64,000 bases of DNA from Squalus acanthias. Taxonomy: Eukaryota. The notes under the pieces were generated by a model. That model ran no database searches. It saw only the letters and a list, made by a program, of their open reading frames with translations, and was not told the DNA's origin. The translations under genes and the position numbers were made by a program. Positions 51,050 through 63,222 of the stretch are shown here, one piece after another; positions within the stretch are counted from its first letter, which is position 1; every line of letters begins with the position of its first letter. The stretch spans positions 21,392,001-21,456,000 of the forward strand of contig CM059433.1 of assembly GCA_030390025.1 (NCBI GenBank), given 5' to 3'.

Positions 51050-51835
51050 ATGCTGTCCTGAGAGTCCTAATTTTGAATAGTTTTAGTGTTAAGATCTGCA
51101 ATCGAGCACTATTAATGCACAAATGGGATGCTCAAAGCATTTGTATGAAATTCTTGTGTCTGCTCTTTTAATGGGATAATGGCTTCTTCAACATACCAGA
51201 CAGCAGGTCAGAGAAACTTCAGAGAAATGTTCGACGCATTTGTACACTAATATTGCACAGCACAATCTCACCCCAATACTGAACAAAAAGGGGGATAAAA
51301 CTGTAAAAGTAACAGATGCATACCCAATGTTCTCTCCACAAATGCTGCCTGACCTGTTGAATGCTTCCAGAATTTGTTGTTTTTACAGTTTTCACCACAA
51401 CACTGTTTAATCTCATATAATTGGAAGTTCTGGAGTTTTACAATATTCTATTATGGAAGAGATGGGGTGATATCAGTAAAGTTGATATATAAAATGTTTT
51501 ACTTCTTAACTGCACCACCAATAAATCAAATTATTTTGTGGTACTATTTCATAATTGGGAAAAATGCAATTCCCTAATGCAACAAGACTGAAATTAGGCA
51601 TAAATTCAGCTCATTCAGAGTCAGTCCCACACGCTAATCAAGGTCAACAAGTCAGTTCCAGAGGAAGTTGCCATGCACAGACTTCATTGTACTTGCAGCC
51701 AGCAGGTGGTTTGACACGTTGGACCCCCTGGGACACATCTCATTGTCTTGGCTGTGCTCTTTGTTGTAGCGAATAATGTGAATAGATTTTGTCTGGGTTT
51801 AAATTGTGAATTCTGGGAGATTCTCTCATTGCTAA

Positions 51836-51963
51836 CTTACCTGACGAAGGAGCGACAGCTCCGAAAGCTTGTAAAATTAAATAAATCTGTTGGACTATAA
51901 CCTGGTGTTGTGCGACTTCTCATTTTTGTCCACCCCAGTCCAACGCCGGCATCTCCACATCAT
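51836..51963 (+). mobile_element. Penelope-like terminal-repeat fragment
   Basis: Hammerhead-like core, then AATAAA and ctgttggactataacctggtgttg...ccagtccaac, recognised as a shark PLE-type repeat. Confidence 0.7.
51837..51874 (+). ncRNA. Minimal type I hammerhead ribozyme motif (PLE type)
   Basis: TTAC-CTGACGA-A-GGAGC-GACA-GCTCC-GAA-AGCT-T-GTAA: stem I TTAC/GTAA, CUGANGA and GAAA cores, perfect 5-bp stem II, palindromic AGCT stem III. Confidence 0.72.
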
Positions 51964-52061
51964 TCATTGTACTTCCAACTGATCTTGACCAAATTGTTGC
52001 ATCGCTATATCGTCTTGTCTTTTTTTTATTCATTCTCGAAATGTGGATGTTTCTGACAATT

Positions 52062-52530
52062 GTCAGCTGTGGCTCAGTGGGTAGCACACTCGCCTCTGAG
52101 TCAGAAGGTTGTGGGTTCAAGTGTCACTCCAGGGACTTGAGCACATAAAGCTAAGCTGACACTCCAGTGCAGTGCTGAGGGAGTGCTGCACTGTCAGAGG
52201 TGCTGTCTTTCAGATGAGATGTTAAACCAAGGCCCCGTCTGCTCTCTCAGGTGGACGTAAAAGATCCCATGGCACTATTTTGAAGAAGAGCAGGGGAGTT
52301 ATCCCCGGTGACCTGGCCAAATATTTATCCCTCAACCAACATCACTAAAAACAGATTATCTGGTCATTATCACATTGCTGTTTGTGGGAGCTTGCTGTGC
52401 GCAAATTGGCTGCTGTGTTTACCACATTACAACAGTGACTACACTCCAAAAGTACTTAATTGGCTGTAAAGCACTTTGGGACGTCCGGTGGTCGTGAAAG
52501 GCACTATATAAATGCAAGTCTTTCTTTCTT
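52062..52530 (+). mobile_element. SacSINE1-like Deu-domain SINE
   Basis: tRNA-like head gtggctcagtggg...ggttcaagt; Deu-type body; tail ctatataaatgcaagtc(ttt)n. Confidence 0.85.
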
Positions 52531-52534
52531 TTTA

Positions 52535-52880
52535 TTTATTGCCCATCCCTATTTGCTCTGAGATGGTGGTGTTGGGCCTTCTTCTTGAGCTGTTGTAATC
52601 TTCGCAGTTTGACACTGAGTGGCTTGCGAAGCCACTTCAGAGGGCAGTTTGGAGTCAACCGTATTGGTGTGGAGCTGGAGTCACATATAGGCCAGACACG
52701 GTAAAGATAGCCGGTGTCTTTCTCTGAAGGACATTAGTGAACCAGTTGGGTTTTTCCGGCAGTCCAACAGCTTCATGGTCACTTTCACTGATACCAGCTT
52801 TTTTTTTCATTTCCAGCTTTTTAAAACTGAATTCAAATTCTCAAACTGCCACGTTGGGATTTGGACTCACGTTCTTGTAT
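52535..52880 (-). mobile_element. Short retroposon sharing the second LINE family tail
   Basis: Homologous to 24250-24665. Confidence 0.65.
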
Positions 52881-53336
52881 GATAGCAGCTGAATGATATT
52901 TTCACACAGGAGTTTTGCATGGTCCAAGACAATTTCATCTTGTATAATTGTTAACTGGTTTGCTGAATATGAAAGGAAGCCATACATTTCACATTGAGTC
53001 ATCTGAGAATGGTATTTTTGATTCATTTTTTACATTGTCCTAAATGAGAGAAATGTAAGCACTGATTCTTGGTGGCTATTCTATCTCATTTTATGTGATA
53101 ATTATCTCAATGGGCCAGCTTTACCGGTGTGGTAGCTCATTCTCTGCTCCCTCCTACAAAATTGCTGTCGCACACTGACCACCCCTTTGACTGAGATCAG
53201 CTTATTTAGAACAGACCACGATTAAACTTGGAACACACTGTCACATCAGAAGTAATTAATTGGATGTTAAGCACTTTGGAACATAATGAGGAATGCGGTA
53301 AGATGCTATATAAATGCGACGTCTTTCAGTGTTCTA

Positions 53337-53813
53337 CTGGATATAGAGGCACTGGAGAGGGTGCAGAGAAGATTTACAAGGATGATACCAGAAATGCGAG
53401 GGTATGCATATCAGGAAAGGATGAACAGGCTGGGTCTCTTTTCTCTTGAAAAAAGAAGGCTGAAGGGTGAACTGATAGAGGTCTTTAAAATTATGAAAGG
53501 TTTTGATAGAGTGGATACAGAGAGAATGTTTCCACTTGTGGGGAAGAGCACAACTAGAGGCCATCAATATAAGAAATCCAATAGGGAATTCAGCAGAAAC
53601 TTCTTTGCCCAAAGAGTGGTGAGTATGTGGAACTCGCTACCACAGGAAGTGGTTGAAGCGAATAGTATAGATGCATTTAAGGGGAGGCTAGGCAAGCATA
53701 TGAGGGAGAAGGGAATAGAGGGTTATGCTGATAGATTTAGATGAGGAAAGACGGGAGGAGGCTGGACTGGTTGGGCCGAATGGCCTGTTTCTGTGCTAAG
53801 TATAATCCTATGT
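53337..53813 (+). mobile_element. CR1 3' fragment
   Basis: DIEALERVQRRFTRMIP...WNSLPQEVV. Confidence 0.88.
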
Positions 53814-56115
53814 ATCAGAAAAGAGTGCAATGTTGTGAAATTTGTTCCTGGAATTTGTTGGAAAGATGGATACAGTGAGTCACAACCAAAAAGATGGTTG
53901 TCTTTAATTTTGGTTCATTTTCAAGATACCATCAAGCTTTGTACAGTATTACCAGAGTATAACTGAAAGGAAAAAGTGAAGTAAGTATTCGTTTGAGCTG
54001 TTGCCGGTTTCCTGATTATAATCATGTAGCAGAAAATCTGATTAAAGAACACTACTGCCATTACAATACTCCTAAGCAAATTTGCTGATAAGAAACTCCA
54101 CATCAGTGACTTTGACAGCTGCGATCTTTAATTTCTCTCAATATATTACTATAAATACCATCTCATGTATTACATGGTGACACTATATTTGCATAGTAAC
54201 AGTTGAATATATGTTGAATATATTTGCACATTAGCAATTGGTTAGTCATCTAAAGATGCTTTATGAGCGAGGGCAGAAAAAGGCTTAGTAGGAAATGCAC
54301 AAATGTGGTATTCAGCTTCTTATAATACAGCCTGTAATGTTACTTCTTATTGGAACAATCAAGTAGTGTGCTGAAACACAATTTATTCGTCAGCACTGCA
54401 GAATTTATAGAAATAGAATATGAATGTGTTGCATAGCTTACAATAGATCACTTTTAGAATTGAATTCAAGCCGTGACATATTGGGATACCAAATTTGCAT
54501 GTTTCTTCAATTCCATTATGAGTTTTATTATTGAATATCTAATAACAGAGATATTGGGGTGATTGCACCTGCTGTTATATTCTTGACACATTTTTTAAAT
54601 TCTTCTGAAAGATGGTATATATTTATTTGACTTTATACTTATAAAATGTGCAAAGCTTGTGCATTTTTGATTGTTAATAATGCTGTGGGAAAGATGCTGC
54701 AGTTGATTACAATTTATAATTGAGCAACCATCATCTTTTTTTCTCTGTCCAATTATCTCCTCTCCCCTCCTCTTCTGAAGGTGTTGACTCCTTGCTGGGC
54801 ACTTTCCTCCAACTCAGCCAACTGATTATTATTTTTGTGTGAGCCTTGGCAACAAGTGGCCACCTTTTTGATTGTAAGTTACAACAGAGCTGAAACCCAT
54901 CCCATACACTTCCAGCAAGGACCCCTGGACAGTGCATCAGGAATAGAAACCTGAATGCTTTTTTTTCCTCCTAACTCAGTTGACCTATGTAGCAGAAGAC
55001 ACTCATCCCTATTGTGACTCGTTGACTTAATCCATCGAGGTTAAAAATAGAAAATATCGACCGGATGTTGAGAGCTCCTCAAATATGAAGATTTTCCTTT
55101 CATCCATAGACACTGACTTAGAGGGAGCAGCTACATCCCCAGTGCTGCTATTCGGGTGCAATGTCCCCCTTCCCATTCGATCTGAAATATTTGCCTTTGC
55201 CTAATTCAGAGCAGGCTTGTTACTGGAACTTGCTGATGGGCTGACTCTCTTGAGTGCAGGAAATTTGTATCTGCCAGTTTAACTGGTTGCAAAGCAGGAG
55301 TAAACTGTAGGCTGCCAAGTTTGGCAACAATCCCATTCTGTCCAAGACAGAAGCAACGGGCTATATGGGGTGTGCTTGTTTCTGGACTTTCCACTCAATT
55401 GGGTACCTGTCCACCTTTTTAGCCAGTTCTCTGCACTCTGAAAATTGGCTGCAAATGCAGATATATAGGTCACCAGCGGCAGCAGCAAGTCAACATCAAT
55501 TGTTTTATTTTTCTAGATAGAATAAGATGGCTTACTGTTATTGCACAAAAATGGTTACAAAATTAATGACATTTATTTAAAACTGTTGAATTGAGTTAAT
55601 ATTGAGTCACTAAACTCATTCAAAAGACTAAGGGGGAGAAATTCGCCTCCAGTTAGCGTCTGGTGGGGGCGCTAACGGGGCACTGAAGCAGTAGCGCCGC
55701 GGTGAGGCGAATCCAGTGCCGCACACCAAATTTGGACCCCCGTAGCGCCGCCCTATGAGTTAGTGCCAGGGACTTCAGCGGCAGGCAGATCGGTGACGTC
55801 AGTGAGCGTGCAACGCTCACTGGATGCCCGATCTGCCAAATTGAGTATCGCCCCCTACCTTAGCGCCTCGCCCCGACAGTGACAGGGAGAGGAGGCGTGA
55901 AGCAGTCGGTAGCCGGCTCCAGGGGCGCTACTTAAAGGGATCATGAGTAATGAGTCGCAGCTATCAGATTGGTGCTGTTTCACTGCTTCCTTGCCAGTTT
56001 GACATTGTGCAACAGAGACTAAACAACCTTTAAATGACTGATTTAAACTGTGGCTACTAAAAATTAGTTACATTTATTCTCACAAAATATCAAAGTGCTA
56101 CACTTTGTTACATTA

Positions 56116-57248
56116 ATGGGGGCTGTATTGGCAGTCGATCTGGCTCTCCAGGATCTACTGCAGAGGGAGTACAGACAGTGAGAAAGATTGGAACATGTGG
56201 CCAGAGGGAGGAGAAGCGCCATCAGGGCTCTCAACAGGAGACCGTGCCCTCCGAGGGTCTTCCGACAGCAATTCTCCTACCTCCAATTAAGCGAAGAACA
56301 GTGTATTAGAAGGCTACGCTTCATCAAGGAGGTGGTCACAGAACTCTGCCACCTCCTGCAACCAGACCTCAAGCCTCAGATCAGGGCGACCACGGCTCTC
56401 TCAGTGGCAGTCAAGGTCACCATCGCCCTCAATTTCTTCGCCAGTGGATCCTTCTAGTCCGCAACAGGAGATATAGGTAACATCTCGCAGTTCGCCATCC
56501 ATTGCTGCATCCGAGAGGTCACAGAGGCTCTCTACAGTCGGAGAAGGGACTACATTTCCTTCCCCATCACCAGAGAGAAGCAGGACGAGCGTGCATGTGG
56601 CTTTGCCAGGATAGCGGGATTCCCCATGGTGCAGGGCGCCATTGACTGCACCCACGTGGCTTTGCGGGCACCACATAAGAATCCTGAGACTTTCCGTAAC
56701 CGCAAAGGCTACCACTCACTTAATGTGCAGTTGTTGTGCGGCCACAGACAGCGAATCCTCAATGTGAATGCCCGCTATCCTGGCAGCAGCCAAGATGCCT
56801 TCATCCTGCACCAGGCCAGTGTGCCAGCACTCTTCCAGCCACCACATCAAGCTCACGGCTGGCTGGTCGGAGACAAGGGTTATCCGCTCTCTACCTGGCT
56901 CATGACTCCTCTCCGCAACCCCAACACTCCTGCACAGCACTCATATAATAAGAGCCATGCTGCCACCAGGAACAACACTGAGCAGACCATCGGGGTGCTC
57001 AAGCAACGGTTCCGCTATCTTGACCACGCTGGAGGAACCCTCTAGTGCTCGCCAGAGCGGGTGTCCCATTTCATTGTGGTGTGCTGCATGCTCCACAATC
57101 TGGCCATCATGAGAGCCCAGCCCTTGCCAGCAGGGATTGCGGGACCACCTCAGGAAGAGGAAGTTGGAGAGGAAGAGGAGGAGGAGGAGGAACAGAAGCG
57201 AGGGAAGAGTCAGCCACTCAATCGGCCATCAGACTGCGGTTCCAGTAA
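56116..57248 (+). pseudogene. PIF/Harbinger DDE transposase (HARBI1-like) pseudogene
   Basis: ATG at 56116. ORFs 56188, 56626 and 57061 are all in that frame, broken by three stops. Motifs FFASGSF, GAIDCTHV, NRKGYHSLNVQ, ARYPGSSQDAFIL, GDKGY, RNNTEQTIGVLKQRFR, CCMLHNLA, then an acidic tail; C-terminal IRLRFQ* lies in a shifted frame. Confidence 0.92.
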
Positions 57249-57412
57249 ATTCAACCCCAGATCCCCATTGCTCACCACATCCCCATCATTCTATCCCAGT
57301 CGCAGGCCATATCACAGTGCACAGCTGAAATGAGAGACAAAATTATTCGAAGTGAATTAATAAATTTATCAATAATCAGTGAACACTTCTTTACAAGAAC
57401 AATATTTACTAT

Positions 57413-57625
57413 TCACCCTTGTGCAATCCCTTCTTTGCCTAATCTAGTGCTCCTACGAAGTGTTGGCCCAGTGGCTGCAGTAGGGTTGGTGGAAGGCTGC
57501 TGAGTGTCCATGCAGGAGACTTCAGATGGCCTTGCAGGACGCGCTCGACCAGCTCTGGACCTGGAAGGCCCGGCTGTAGCCTGCAGCACCTCAGCATGGG
57601 CGGCAGCAGTCTGGGCTGGCTGGAC
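57413..57625 (-). pseudogene. Probable C-terminal remnant of the Harbinger Myb/SANT-like partner gene
   Basis: ORF QPAQTAAAHAEVLQATAGPSRSRAGRARPARPS...LRRSTRLGKEGIAQG* converges on the transposase 3' end. The assignment rests on position and composition; the Myb domain itself is absent. Confidence 0.6.
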
Positions 57626-58172
57626 ATTTAAAACAAAGTAAACTGGACATTTAAAACAAAGCATTATAATGTTAGTGTTTCAAAGGTACAGATTAATGAA
57701 CAAAACTTGAATGTATTTTCTCTTTGCTTGGCAATATTTGTTTTAACCAAAAGGAGAATTGTACATTGTACCGACTGAAGATCTGAATGTCACATGATAC
57801 AAAATGTAACAGCAAGAGCAGTTGGAATGCTATTACAACTGAATTTAGTGTTAAATGCAAATATTGTACTGGGGTGAAGGTTTTGGTCTTTCGCTATGGA
57901 GGGAGACCAAATTTCCCATTATTTTACTAATCGTCCAAACTTCAGCTTCAGGCAGTCAAACCAACCAATTGACCAGATGTTTACCTTCAAGGAGGCAAAT
58001 CAATCATGAAGATCTGGAGCTCTATTATGGTCTATGCAAATTTAATCAAATTTCAAAACTCATGACTACCAAACATTCATCTGCTAATTGTTTGAGTCTG
58101 TAGTAGCGGTTTGATTAATATAAAGCTATCCCATTACCGTAAATACAAAGCAGTGTGTTTTCTAATCAACTA

Positions 58173-58755
58173 CAGGTTGAGCGTCCAAAATCCGGAGTTC
58201 CGGAATCCGGAATGTTCCGGAATCCGGACTCCGGGACGATTGGTGGCAGGGTCGTCCGGAATCTGTAAAAAATGTTCCGGAATCCGCAACTCCGGATTTT
58301 GGACGCTCAACCTGTACTTCAAAAAGCCATTAACTTTTGTTGTCTTTTTTTGAAAAATCCTATGAAAAATGCGAGTGAGGCAATAAAACTTTGAGTGTTG
58401 TGTTTTATCCTCCTTAACCGGCACAGCTCCACTAAGTGTTTCCGCCAGGCTGCGGCCACGGCACCACGCCGCCCTGGTGGCCTAGTGTGGGCCATCGGAT
58501 GCTCTGCCGAGCTCGCAGCGTCCCTCCCCTTTAACAGAAGGGGAGGGGCGGAGAAACGCGTCAGCGCTGCGCGGAGCGGCCCAGGCATTTCCGGACTCGG
58601 AACGTGTTTCTGATGTCCGAAGTCCAGAAACGCCCGAGCCCAGGTTGCGATATTTCCGGACTTCGGACATCAGAAACACGTTCCGAAGTCCGGAAAAACA
58701 CGAAAACCAGCTCGGCCTCAGTCCCGAGGTTGCCAGATTCAGGACGCTCAACCTG
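58173..58755. mobile_element. TcMar/Tigger-like MITE, composite with two right termini
   Basis: TA|CAGGTTGAGCGTCC; GGACGCTCAACCTG|TA ends at both 58314 and 58755; many TCCGGA repeats. Confidence 0.85.
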
Positions 58756-59655
58756 TATTGCTCTTTTTAAGTATTTACAAATGGTATTTGTGGAAGACAC
58801 ACCTATTGGACTATAAAGAATGGCTTTGCACTCTGATATTATGGGTGCAGTTAGACTATCACTTTTATGTTGATATGAAACAGTTTTGGGTGTGTATCAA
58901 TTCAAAAAGTAGCAGTATAATTTAGGTGTCAGATCAGATCCCAATCTGATGTCTAAGCACACTAAAGCCAAGCGGTGTGACTCTCTCCCTCAAGGAGCTG
59001 CTGGCCTGAGCCGTCTAGCTGCCAGCTGCATTGGTAGACATGGCACGTTATAGACAGACCCCATTCTGACCACAGCTACCCATGCACGGCTTCAAGTTTG
59101 CGCCAAGTGTAGAATAACACCAACCCAGTGCAAGTTGCATTAAAACGTCCGTGGGTGGTCTCTTGGACTGCCAAGATACATTTAAAACTTTGTATGGAGC
59201 CTTTTTAATATTGGGATAAGGGAGACACTGCCGTTGCTTTCTCATAAAATGAAAAAATATCCTTTGGCAGGACAGAGCTCTGTGCCTGCCCTGTAACATA
59301 GCTGCAAATACCTCAGTTGCTGTACCTCAGTGCTGGTCAGAATGGGACCTGTCCATAGTGTATCATGTCTACTAATTGCACATGACAGATAGCAGTCTCA
59401 CAATGGTAGCTGCAGTGTGAGTGAAGCCTGTGACTCTCTTGTTCTTTCTGATTCTGTGGCTAACTATGATTTAACTTTTTGCAAAAATATAAAAAATTCA
59501 GTACATCATAAGTACTTCATTGACTGTAAAGCGCTTTGAAACGTCCGGTGGTCGTGAAAGGCACTATATAAATGCAAGTCTTTCTTTACATAGTGTACAT
59601 TCATTACACAACATAGCAAAGATGTAACAGAGATTTACAATCTATGCAATAGTAA

Positions 59656-59952
<297 letters not shown>

Positions 59953-59984
59953 TGAGTACTGCCTATAAACTCCTTTTAATACTT

Positions 59985-60550
59985 GTTCTTTGGATGTGGG
60001 TGATGTCGGCAAGGCTGCATTTATTGCCCATCCCGAGTTGCCCTGAGAAGATGGTGGTGGGTCTTCTCCTTAAACCACTGCAGTCCATGTGGAGATGGTG
60101 CTAGGTACAGAATTCCAGGATTATGACCCAGCAATGATGAAAGAATGGCGATTGTGTCCAAGTCAGGATGTGTGTCAATTGGAGGAAAGCTTGGAGGTAA
60201 CACCTTCCCACAACATTAATGCTCTTGTGCTTCTCGATGGTAGAGTTTGCAGGGAAGGGAAGTGTTGTCAAAGTTACCTTGATGAGTTTGTACAGTGCTT
60301 GAAGATTGTACATATTGCGCTGGTGGTGGAGGGGGTAGATATTTGAGTCCAATGGCAGGGGCACTGATAAAGCAAACTGCTTGGTCCTAGATGGTGTCAG
60401 TCTTGTTGAGTGTTGTTGCAGCTGCACCCGTTAGGCAAGTGGTGAGTATTCCATCACACTTGTACACGGTGGAGAGACTTTCAGGGATCACGAGGTGAGC
60501 CAATCATTGCAGAGTACCCAGCCTCTGCCCTGCTGTTGTAGCTACAGTGT
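59985..60550 (-). mobile_element. Second LINE family 3' fragment
   Basis: Homologous to 39810-40430. Confidence 0.8.
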
Positions 60551-61607
60551 TGACAAGCACAGGTTTGAGCCTTTGCTAGGACGACAGCAGATAGCAGGAT
60601 CTCCTCACAAGCAGCACAACTCACCAGAAAATATGTGATTCTATAGCTACGAGCCTCCTAACCATAGCAAGGGATATGTAGCGTATCTGATTGAACAGTA
60701 ACTCTACCAGTTGGAGGTTCAGAGCTTCAGCAGCGTTGGTTTACCTTTCTGAAACCCATTCACTGTCAGCGTCAAACTCTGGATAGGTGAGCACATGTTT
60801 TCACAACCAGGTTTCAAGTAGTCACCTCAATGTTCACAGTTTCCTCATAAGCTTAAAGTTGGACATCTGCCTTCAGTATGGTTGAAAGGACCTATGCAGG
60901 CCAAATGACAAGCCACCCATCGTGATGCTCACCCATTACCAATTCTTTAATCTCAGTTGCAGAGCTCAGGCAAAGATCTGTGCCCACTATGAAGCTGACT
61001 CCCTCTCCTGGGTACTCACTGACAGGCTGGTGTAAGCTGGCACCTTCTCTTCCTACAATCGTTTCCCCTTTTGCCACAAATCCATCTCACGGGTCGTGGA
61101 TTTCATACGTGGGCTGAAGGAAACCCTCCCATTGTATAATCTGCGTTCTGAACCATAAAGCAGTACTATTTGGACACATTTTATATGCTATAAACGTAAT
61201 CTGCATAGGGTCTTTGTTGTCATTGAAGAAAGACCAAAAAACACCAAAATACCTTCGATCCATTTTCAGTGCAGTCTGTGTCCAGACTGAAGTTGGCATC
61301 CACTAGGATCTCCAGGTATTCATATACATCACCAATTGGAGACGGATGCTTCTTGTATCTTCCAATAAATACCTTTGAGATCCCCTCTTGAGCTTTACAA
61401 AGCCATAATACTGCACTAGATGACATCCACCACCATTTTCCACTGATCAGTACACTTGATCGTCAAGCGAGTGCAGCAACAATATAGAAATAGCAAGAAC
61501 AGACACTTCCTAGCCAATGCCATTTGACATATTATTGATGAAGATATCAAATAGGGGTGATAGTGGACAACCTCCCCTCACTCCTTTTTGAGAAATATAG
61601 ATTCGTT

Positions 61608-61731
61608 GGGGATGAAATCGGTCTTATGGGGTAGCACAGAACAGGCAATAGCTAATTGGGTGGGGTGTAAAATGGGCTGCCAATTTGCTGTTGCCCATTT
61701 TGTGCTGCAGCCCAAGACCAATTTCACCCCC
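61608..61731. mobile_element. Small fold-back MITE
   Basis: GGGGATGAAATCGGTCTT ... AAGACCAATTTCACCCCC, with imperfect inverted complementarity through most of its length. Confidence 0.65.
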
Positions 61732-62261
61732 AGTGAGTCATCATTTACCCCTATATGAATCTTAGAGCTGGACAATCCCCCAGTAAATATAAGATTCGTA
61801 TTCAGATTGCATCCAGCTTGCGCATCAGGGTCACGTGAAGCACGAGGTTGAAAATCTTATGAAAATTGATCAAAGCAATGTGATTGGATTTCTCCGGAGC
61901 CTTACAGTGCGCCATAAATTTTGTATAAGGCAACAACCTTGGTCTATGCATTCCTCAGAAGTCCAAACTTCAGTCTGTTCTTTTCTGATTACCCTGCAGG
62001 GCTCCAAGGCATCTGATACACTTACTGTAACAACCCAAAAAAATTACTTAACGAACCCTTGATCTGACTTGTTTTCAGGCACAATAGAGGGACAAAAACC
62101 ACAACTGCCCTAAAATACGAGGGTACGCATGCCTCCAACTGAATCCTGTTCACCAACCTGAAAATTAATTTAACATTTCAAAGGAATAAACACGGCAATG
62201 CCAGTCACACTGTTGTGATGGTACATAAATAATAGAACAGGTGTCAGAATAGCACAATAGA

Positions 62262-63220
62262 TGTCATAGAATCATAGCATGATACAGCAGAGAAGGAGGC
62301 CATTTGTCCATGGTACCTGCGCTGGCTTTTTGAAAGAGCTATCCAATTAGTCCCACTCCCTTACTCTTTCCCCACAGCCCTGTAAATTTTTCCCCATCAG
62401 GTATTTATCCAATTCTCTTTTGAAAGTTAATATTGAATCTGCTTCCACCACCCTTTCAGGCAGTGCATTCCAGATCACAACAGCTCACTGTGTAAAAATG
62501 TTTTTTCTCATGTCACCACTGGTTCTTTTGCCAATCACTTTAAATCTGTGTCTTCTGGTTATCGACCCTTCTGCCACTGGAAACAGTTTCTCCTTATTTA
62601 CTCTATCAAAACCCTTCTATCAAATCTTCCCTTAACCTTCTCTGCTCTAAGGAGAACAACCCCAGTTTCTCTAGTCTCTTCTCATAACTGAAGTCCTTCA
62701 TCCCTGGTACCATTCTCATAAATCTCCTCTGCACCCTCTCCAAGGACTTGACATCCTTCCTAAAGCATAGTGCCCAGAATTGGACACAATACTCCAGCTG
62801 GGGCCTAACCAGTGTTTTATAAAGATTTAGCAGAGCTTCTTTGCTTTTGTACTCTATGACCCGTATTTTGTGGCTCCTGCGGGTACGTATGAGGTGTGCA
62901 TGCGCCTGTAGGGGCCATGCAAGTTCTGGGTTTAGGCATGTGAAGCGCATGCGCTAAAACTCGGAACTTGTGATCTGTCAGGATAGGTACATAATTGATC
63001 CTACCCTTCCTTTGACTACCCTTTTACTACTTATATGTTTATAAAAGATGTTTGGGTTCCCTTTTATGTTACCGGCTAATCTATTCTCATGCACTCTCTT
63101 TGACCCTCTTATTTCCTTTTTCAGTTCTCCTCTGTACTTTCTGTATTTAGCTTGGTTCTCTACTGATTTGTGAACCTGACATTTATCATAAGCCTCCATT
63201 TTTTGTTTCATTTAATCTCA
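62262..63220 (-). mobile_element. Antisense CR1 fragment with internal deletion
   Basis: ORFs 62606-62950 and 62978-63211 match post-RT and pre-RT parts of CR1 ORF2; RT core missing at the MITE insertion. Confidence 0.88.
62858..62982 (-). mobile_element. One-ended family C-related MITE fragment inside a CR1
   Basis: Reverse complement of about 25235-25357 (same MRFTCLNPELA pseudo-ORF). Confidence 0.75.
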
Positions 63221-63222
63221 TT

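Larger units (their letters stand above)
55632..57625 (+). mobile_element. Truncated autonomous-type Harbinger transposon: left TIR, transposase, 3' end of convergent partner gene
   Basis: TAA|GGGGGAGAAATTC left end; CpG-rich subterminal region with TGACGTCA; transposase; low-complexity convergent ORF on - strand; no right TIR seen. Confidence 0.85.

Noticed and set aside
53927..53980. Short ag...gtaagt candidate exon
   Set aside because: Stops in all three frames.
56116..57248. Host HARBI1 gene
   Set aside because: Three in-frame stops, a TIR upstream and a convergent partner remnant indicate a transposon copy.
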